Shown piece after piece: positions 27,435 to 32,000 of a stretch of 32,000 nt of DNA. The DNA is from Candidatus Methanoperedens sp. Its GTDB lineage: Archaea; Halobacteriota; Methanosarcinia; Methanosarcinales; Methanoperedenaceae. The stretch spans positions 90,001 to 122,000 of the forward strand of contig JAPZAR010000022.1 of assembly GCA_027460535.1 (NCBI GenBank). Direction: 5' to 3'. Within the stretch, counting starts at the first letter, position 1; every line of letters starts with the position of its first letter. The notes under the pieces are model-generated. The model was not told where the DNA came from, ran no database searches, and saw only the letters and a program-made list of their open reading frames with translations. The position numbers were made by a program, and so were the translations under genes.

Positions 27435-28754
27435 TCAGCCTATGATCTTCATTCTTGATACTCTAACCGTGGGTGTAATAATATTCCCCACTTTTCGGAC
27501 ATCCTTTCCAATTCCGTCTATGCCCTGAAGCACATCGAATATGTTCCCGGAGATCATCATTGACTTTATCGGCGAATGGATCTCGCCATTCTTTATCAGG
27601 AACGAATTCCGTGCCTCGACTGAAAAATCGCCCGAAATGGGATTTGCTGTATGCGCCCCAATTACCGTATTCACTACAACGCCATCCCGGCTATCGGCAA
27701 TAATATCGAAAGACGGATGCTCAATTATCAGGTTGCGTATCCCAACCGAAGGCGTAGAAGTGAAAGACCCCCTGACCGCATTACCGGTACTTTCTTTCTT
27801 CTCCTTCCCCGCAGTATAACAATCATAAAGGAAACTGGACAGCACACCTTTTGTTATAACCCGGTTCCTTTTTGAAGGCGTACCCTCATCATCGGAAGCA
27901 GCAGTTCCGATGCCTCCCGGAAATGTACCATCGTCAATAATAGAAAGTTCACCCGCTGCGATATTGCTACCCATTTTTCCGATCAATGCCGAACGTCCTT
28001 TCTGCACATTGTCAGCGTTCAGCGATGAAATGAGCGTGTTCTCAAGAATATCAGCAAAGGCAAGAGGTTCAAGCAGCACGACCGTATCTCGCGATTCTGT
28101 AGGAATGCCATTTTGCGACCGAGAAGCGAGACTTGATGCTTTTTCTCCAATCCTGTAAAAATCGATATCAAGTTTCCTTGATACGTCAAATTCCGAAGCA
28201 GTTGATATCGAAGCGCTCTTTGCGATTGTGTCTATTGAAGCTTCTGAAATGGAATCTTTCTGGTCTATCTCGACACCGTGGGAATTAATGATGAGATTTT
28301 CCGAAGATGCACAGACAAGGTGCCCTGAAGTCGGCTCCACGTGATGAACGGACTTTGCCCCATCGATCATATCCATGGTAAAATCGATGCACGACTCTAT
28401 ATCAATATCAGCAATCCTTCTGTCAAAAACGTCCTTTACGGCAGGCAGTCTTTTCTTCTCAGGAAGCCCTGACCAATCCGGGTCGAAATTCCTTACCTTT
28501 GCTGATTTAACTGCAAGTACACAGGCGTCATTCAAATGTTCAGGATCATTTGTACTTGAAAATCCTACAGCACCGTTCACGATAACCCTGATCCCGATCC
28601 CCTGGAGAAGACTCTCCTTCGCCAGGTCAATTTCATCCCTGTGCACATCGATAGTTACAGATCTCCCCTTGATGCAATAAATTTCAGCCTCATCAGCCCC
28701 CGCTTTCTTTGCATAATCAAGCGCGCTGTATGCAAGCTCAAAAATGTCGGTCAT
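27435..28754 (-). CDS. TldD/PmbA-family protein (PmbA/TldE-like; no HExxxH motif seen)
   Basis: 439 aa with family-typical segments (DDEGTPSKRN..., GNAVRGSF..., NTVIGAHTANPISGDFSVEA). I could not find a HExxxH metalloprotease motif, so it resembles the PmbA/TldE subunit more than TldD. Confidence 0.8.
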   Translation of the reverse strand: MTDIFELAYSALDYAKKAGADEAEIYCIKGRSVTIDVHRDEIDLAKESLLQGIGIRVIVNGAVGFSSTNDPEHLNDACVLAVKSAKVRNFDPDWSGLPEKKRLPAVKDVFDRRIADIDIESCIDFTMDMIDGAKSVHHVEPTSGHLVCASSENLIINSHGVEIDQKDSISEASIDTIAKSASISTASEFDVSRKLDIDFYRIGEKASSLASRSQNGIPTESRDTVVLLEPLAFADILENTLISSLNADNVQKGRSALIGKMGSNIAAGELSIIDDGTFPGGIGTAASDDEGTPSKRNRVITKGVLSSFLYDCYTAGKEKKESTGNAVRGSFTSTPSVGIRNLIIEHPSFDIIADSRDGVVVNTVIGAHTANPISGDFSVEARNSFLIKNGEIHSPIKSMMISGNIFDVLQGIDGIGKDVRKVGNIITPTVRVSRMKIIG

Positions 28755-28793
28755 AGGAACACTTAATTAAAACCGGAGCTGATAAAGATACCC

Positions 28794-30431
28794 ATGCGAG
28801 TCCTGATCATTGATGGTTATGTAGATGAACCGGCATGCCTGGGTGTACCGCCTTACATCTCGCCGTATCCAAGGTATATTGCAGGTGCACTGGTTGAAAA
28901 AGGGGTAAAGCAGGATCATGTCTTTTATCGCACCATTGACTGGATGCGCCAGCACAGGGAGAAGCTCCGGTTTGATATGATCGTAATCGTGGCGGGCATG
29001 ACCGTGCCCGGGAAATACCTGAGAGCCAATCCGATAACAAGGAGCGAGATCCAGGAGCTATCGCATCTGGATGGAGTAAAGATACTTGGAGGGCCTATCA
29101 GGCTGGGTTTCGGGGAGGAGGGCGGAACTTCGGCAAGAGAGCTGGCAATGCCCGGGATCATCACTGCAAGAAAGGATGTGGAGTCATTCGTTTACGATCT
29201 GCTGGATAACATGAAAGACCCGGATTCCATACAGCACAGGATGAGGAGCACAGCAGAGATCGCAAGATGGGGCGAAAAGGGAGCGTTCATAATCCGGCAG
29301 CACCCGGATTATCCATATATCATGTGCGAGCTTGAGACATATCGTGGTTGTCCTCGCCATTCCCATTGTTCTTTTTGCACAGAGCCCTTCTACGGCAAAC
29401 CAGATTACCGCGAGATAAAAGAGGTAATTAAGGAGGTGTCTGCACTATATGAGCAGGGGGCCAGGTATTTCAGGATAGGAAGGCAGCCTGACCTCTTCAT
29501 GTACAGGGCAAAAGATGGTATTCCCGACCCGATTGCCATCGAGGTACTATATAAGGGGATACGAAATGCGGCGCCGGAGCTCAAAGTGCTACACATGGAC
29601 AATGCAAACCCTGTGACACTGGCAAGATATCCGGAGGAATCACGGAGGATCGCAAAGACCATTGTGAAATATCACACATCAGGAGATGTGGCTGCACTGG
29701 GTATGGAAAGCGCGGACCCGGAAGTTATAAAGGAGAACGATCTGAAAGCTCAACCAGAGGAGGTATTCGAGGCCATAAAGCTCTTGAATGAAGTGGGTGC
29801 TGCGCGGGGAGAGAGCGGCCTTCCTGAACTTTTGCCGGGTATTAATTTTGTGCATGGGTTAAAGGGGGAGACAAAAAAGACATTCGAGCTCAACTTTGAG
29901 TTCCTGAAAAAAGTTCTTGAGAGCGGTCTCATGATACGCCGCGTGAATATCAGGCAGGTGATGACCTTTTCGGGGACGCCCATGTACGGGCATGAAGAAC
30001 TCGTGGTAAAGCACAAGGAATTGTTCCTGAGCTACAAGGAAAAAATGCGAAATGAGATAGACCTGCCAATGCTTCGAAAGCTGGTACCCGTTGGAACGAT
30101 CCTGCGGGATGTGAGAACCGAAATTTTTGATAAGATCACATATGGTCGGCAGTTCGGGACTTACCCTCTTCTCGTGGGCATCCCGGCGCAGGTAGAATTG
30201 GACAGGTTCTTCGACATAATGGTGACAGACCATGGATTCAGGTCGATAACCGGTATACCCGTGCCTGTGAATATCAATCGGGCGCAGCTGAAGATCATTG
30301 AGCAAATTCCCGGTGTTGGGAAGAAACAGGCAGGGAAGATCCTGATAGGGAGACCTTATAAAGACAAAGAGGATGCTGCGAAAAGGACGGGGATAAAGAG
30401 TGAACTGCTGGAGTATATTAGCTATTCATAG
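28794..30431 (+). CDS. Radical SAM protein with an N-terminal Rossmann-like domain and a C-terminal helix-hairpin-helix
   Basis: Cluster region ETYRGCPRHSHCSFC (CX5CX2C spacing). N-terminus MRVLIIDGYVDEPACLGVPPY is typical of the archaeal B12-binding-like/radical SAM group. C-terminus IPGVGKKQAGKIL is HhH-like. Confidence 0.75.
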   Translation: MRVLIIDGYVDEPACLGVPPYISPYPRYIAGALVEKGVKQDHVFYRTIDWMRQHREKLRFDMIVIVAGMTVPGKYLRANPITRSEIQELSHLDGVKILGGPIRLGFGEEGGTSARELAMPGIITARKDVESFVYDLLDNMKDPDSIQHRMRSTAEIARWGEKGAFIIRQHPDYPYIMCELETYRGCPRHSHCSFCTEPFYGKPDYREIKEVIKEVSALYEQGARYFRIGRQPDLFMYRAKDGIPDPIAIEVLYKGIRNAAPELKVLHMDNANPVTLARYPEESRRIAKTIVKYHTSGDVAALGMESADPEVIKENDLKAQPEEVFEAIKLLNEVGAARGESGLPELLPGINFVHGLKGETKKTFELNFEFLKKVLESGLMIRRVNIRQVMTFSGTPMYGHEELVVKHKELFLSYKEKMRNEIDLPMLRKLVPVGTILRDVRTEIFDKITYGRQFGTYPLLVGIPAQVELDRFFDIMVTDHGFRSITGIPVPVNINRAQLKIIEQIPGVGKKQAGKILIGRPYKDKEDAAKRTGIKSELLEYISYS

Positions 30432-30656
30432 CCAAGCCTTTGGATCCGCTCTTATCAAGATTTCCCTGAACCACGGGTGATCAAAACAAATTATAAGAAT
30501 CTGAATGAAAGTGATCGCCAATAATCTGGATCGGGGAATTTACTGCAACGGGCTGAAAATATAGACTATTTTTATAGTATAATAATATATAGTAATGATG
30601 AACAGAATCAAAGCATTCAATATCTTAACAGGTATCTTTAATGACCAGGAAAATGA

Positions 30657-32000
30657 ATGATGAAAGACCTTGACAGAATCCGGGCCTCAGTACTATCGAG
30701 GATCAAACCCGCTAACGAAGAAAAGGAGAGGCTCCAGGCCCTTGCGGAGGACATAATTGGCAGGATCAATGATATTGGCAGAAAAGAAGGGTTAAGCATA
30801 AGTGGCAGGCTTGTGGGTTCATCCGCGCGCGGGACGTGGCTTTCGGGGGGGCATGACCTCGATATTTTTATCATGTTCCCGCCCGATGCATCAAGAGAGT
30901 ATCTTGAAGAGAAAGGGCTTTATGTGGCGCGCAAAATTGCAGAGAAAGCGCAGAAAAGCGAGGAGAGATACGCAGAGCATCCTTATATCAATGCAGTGTT
31001 CGACGGCTTCGAGGTCGATCTTGTCCCGGCATTTGGGGTTTCGAGCGCAGCGGAGATAAAATCAGCCGTGGACAGGACGCCTTTCCACAACAATTACGTT
31101 CTGTCCGGGATAAAAGGGCTTGAGGACGATGTACTGCTGCTGAAGCAGTTCCTGAAAGGATGTGGTGTATATGGTTCCGAGCTGAAGACCCACGGTTTTT
31201 CAGGTTATCTTGCTGAACTGCTAATAATTAATTACGGCTCGTTAATGGCAGTTTTGGAAGCTTCCTGCCAATGGAAACCCGGGATGACCATTGACATAGA
31301 AAAGCATGGCAGCATTGCTCATCAGGACCCGTTGGTCGTAGTAGATCCAACGGATCCGGCGAGAAATGTCGCGGCCGCATTATCCCTTGATAACCTGTGC
31401 GTTTTCATGGATAGAGCCTGTGAATTCCTTGAACAGCCTGGAGAAAACTATTTTAATATCGCGGTTCTCGTCCCTCCCGATGATACGGGTTTCAGGGACG
31501 TTTTTAATGCGAGGGGCACATCTTTGATAGCCATAGAATTCACAACACCGGATATCGTGGATGACGTATTGTTCCCGCAGCTTCATAAAATGGAGGAATC
31601 GGTCCAGGAGATGCTTGAAAGATACGGATTCCGCGTGTATAATAGCGGTGCATGGGCTGATAAAAAGGCTATTATTTTATTTGAAATTGAGTCGGCAGTG
31701 CTTCCGCAGGTCAAGAAACACACAGGTCCGCAGGTTTGGGCAGGAGAACATGCCGTTGCGTTCAAATCCAAGTACAAGAACTCAAATACCTTTTCCAATG
31801 TATATATCAGGAATGGAAAATATATGGTGGAGATCCAGAGAAAATATACCGAGGCAAGAAAACTCCTGCAATCCGAGGTTCCAAAATGCGGTCTCGGGAA
31901 GCATGTGGGTTTGAGCATCAAAGAAGGATACCAAATTCTGGAAAATAATCAGATATTAGAGGTCAAAGAAAAGGAGTTCAGAAATTTCCTCTGGAAATTT
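30657..32000 (+). CDS. cca: CCA-adding enzyme (class I tRNA nucleotidyltransferase), 3'-truncated by the window edge
   Basis: Not in the ORF track because there is no stop before the window end; 448 codons are open. Hand translation: MMKDLDRIRASVLSRIKP...GSSARGTWLSGGHDLDIFIMF...DRTPFHNNY...HGFSGYLAELLII...DPTDPARNVAAA. These are archaeal Cca signatures. Confidence 0.9.
   Translation, partial: MMKDLDRIRASVLSRIKPANEEKERLQALAEDIIGRINDIGRKEGLSISGRLVGSSARGTWLSGGHDLDIFIMFPPDASREYLEEKGLYVARKIAEKAQKSEERYAEHPYINAVFDGFEVDLVPAFGVSSAAEIKSAVDRTPFHNNYVLSGIKGLEDDVLLLKQFLKGCGVYGSELKTHGFSGYLAELLIINYGSLMAVLEASCQWKPGMTIDIEKHGSIAHQDPLVVVDPTDPARNVAAALSLDNLCVFMDRACEFLEQPGENYFNIAVLVPPDDTGFRDVFNARGTSLIAIEFTTPDIVDDVLFPQLHKMEESVQEMLERYGFRVYNSGAWADKKAIILFEIESAVLPQVKKHTGPQVWAGEHAVAFKSKYKNSNTFSNVYIRNGKYMVEIQRKYTEARKLLQSEVPKCGLGKHVGLSIKEGYQILENNQILEVKEKEFRNFLWKF

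Noticed and set aside
30477-30530. C/D-box sRNA-like arrangement: GTGATCA ... CTGA ... GTGATCG ... CTGG
   Set aside because: The boxes are imperfect and the D box is CTGG. Guide spacers are 17 and 8 nt instead of ~12, and there is no terminal stem.
30638-31948. Several 60-117-aa ORFs on both strands in the last 1.4 kb: 30638-30874, 30802-31059, 31380-31586, 31561-31914, 31583-31921, 31736-31948
   Set aside because: The region is occupied by the cca gene (frame starting at 30657). That gene is absent from the track only because it has no stop before the window end, and its translation carries clear Cca motifs.
1-32000. Searched for CRISPR arrays, rRNA, IS elements/transposases, integrases, inteins and in-frame stop recoding
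   Set aside because: No regularly spaced repeats, no rRNA-like sequence and no recombinase-like ORF were seen. The conserved genes (EF-2, EF-1alpha, ATPase, HemA) have normal lengths and no internal stops.

Overview
Archaeal chromosomal window, roughly 45-50% GC by eye. The gene content is euryarchaeal and resembles Methanosarcinales/ANME, but that taxon call is only an inference from what is encoded: EF-1alpha/EF-2/uS10, PriL, a class-I CCA-adding enzyme, ether-lipid genes and Ahb-type heme genes.

Most of the window is housekeeping, in this order:
- priL (5' truncated) and a DHH-family protein
- a minus-strand string of tiny ORFs that includes a SAMP-like ubiquitin-fold protein ending in GG
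- a DUF362/4Fe-4S protein, divergent from a ferredoxin + geranylgeranyl reductase pair
- tRNA-Phe(GAA)
- a tightly coupled five-gene operon: membrane protein, MoxR, DUF58, vWA, vWA (Bat-like)
- fusA-tuf-rps10
- a P-type cation ATPase divergent from an MscS channel
- an ahb-like / precorrin-2 dehydrogenase / hemA operon
- archaetidylinositol-phosphate synthase and myo-inositol-1-phosphate synthase
- a PmbA/TldE-like protein, a radical SAM protein, and cca (3' truncated)

I found no CRISPR array, rRNA, transposase or integrase.

The two most unusual signals are compositional and structural:
1. A roughly 0.9-kb AT-rich insert with two small membrane-protein genes sits between the inositol-lipid genes. 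It is bracketed by 193-bp direct repeats that duplicate the 3' end of the AIP-synthase gene. The first 134 nt of the repeat are diverged and the last 59 nt are identical.
2. A domain-sized, in-frame, very AT-rich cassette inside the 851-aa protein of the MoxR operon encodes a complete vWA domain.

Several plausible ORFs under 60 aa, below the ORF-track cutoff, are also reported with low confidence.
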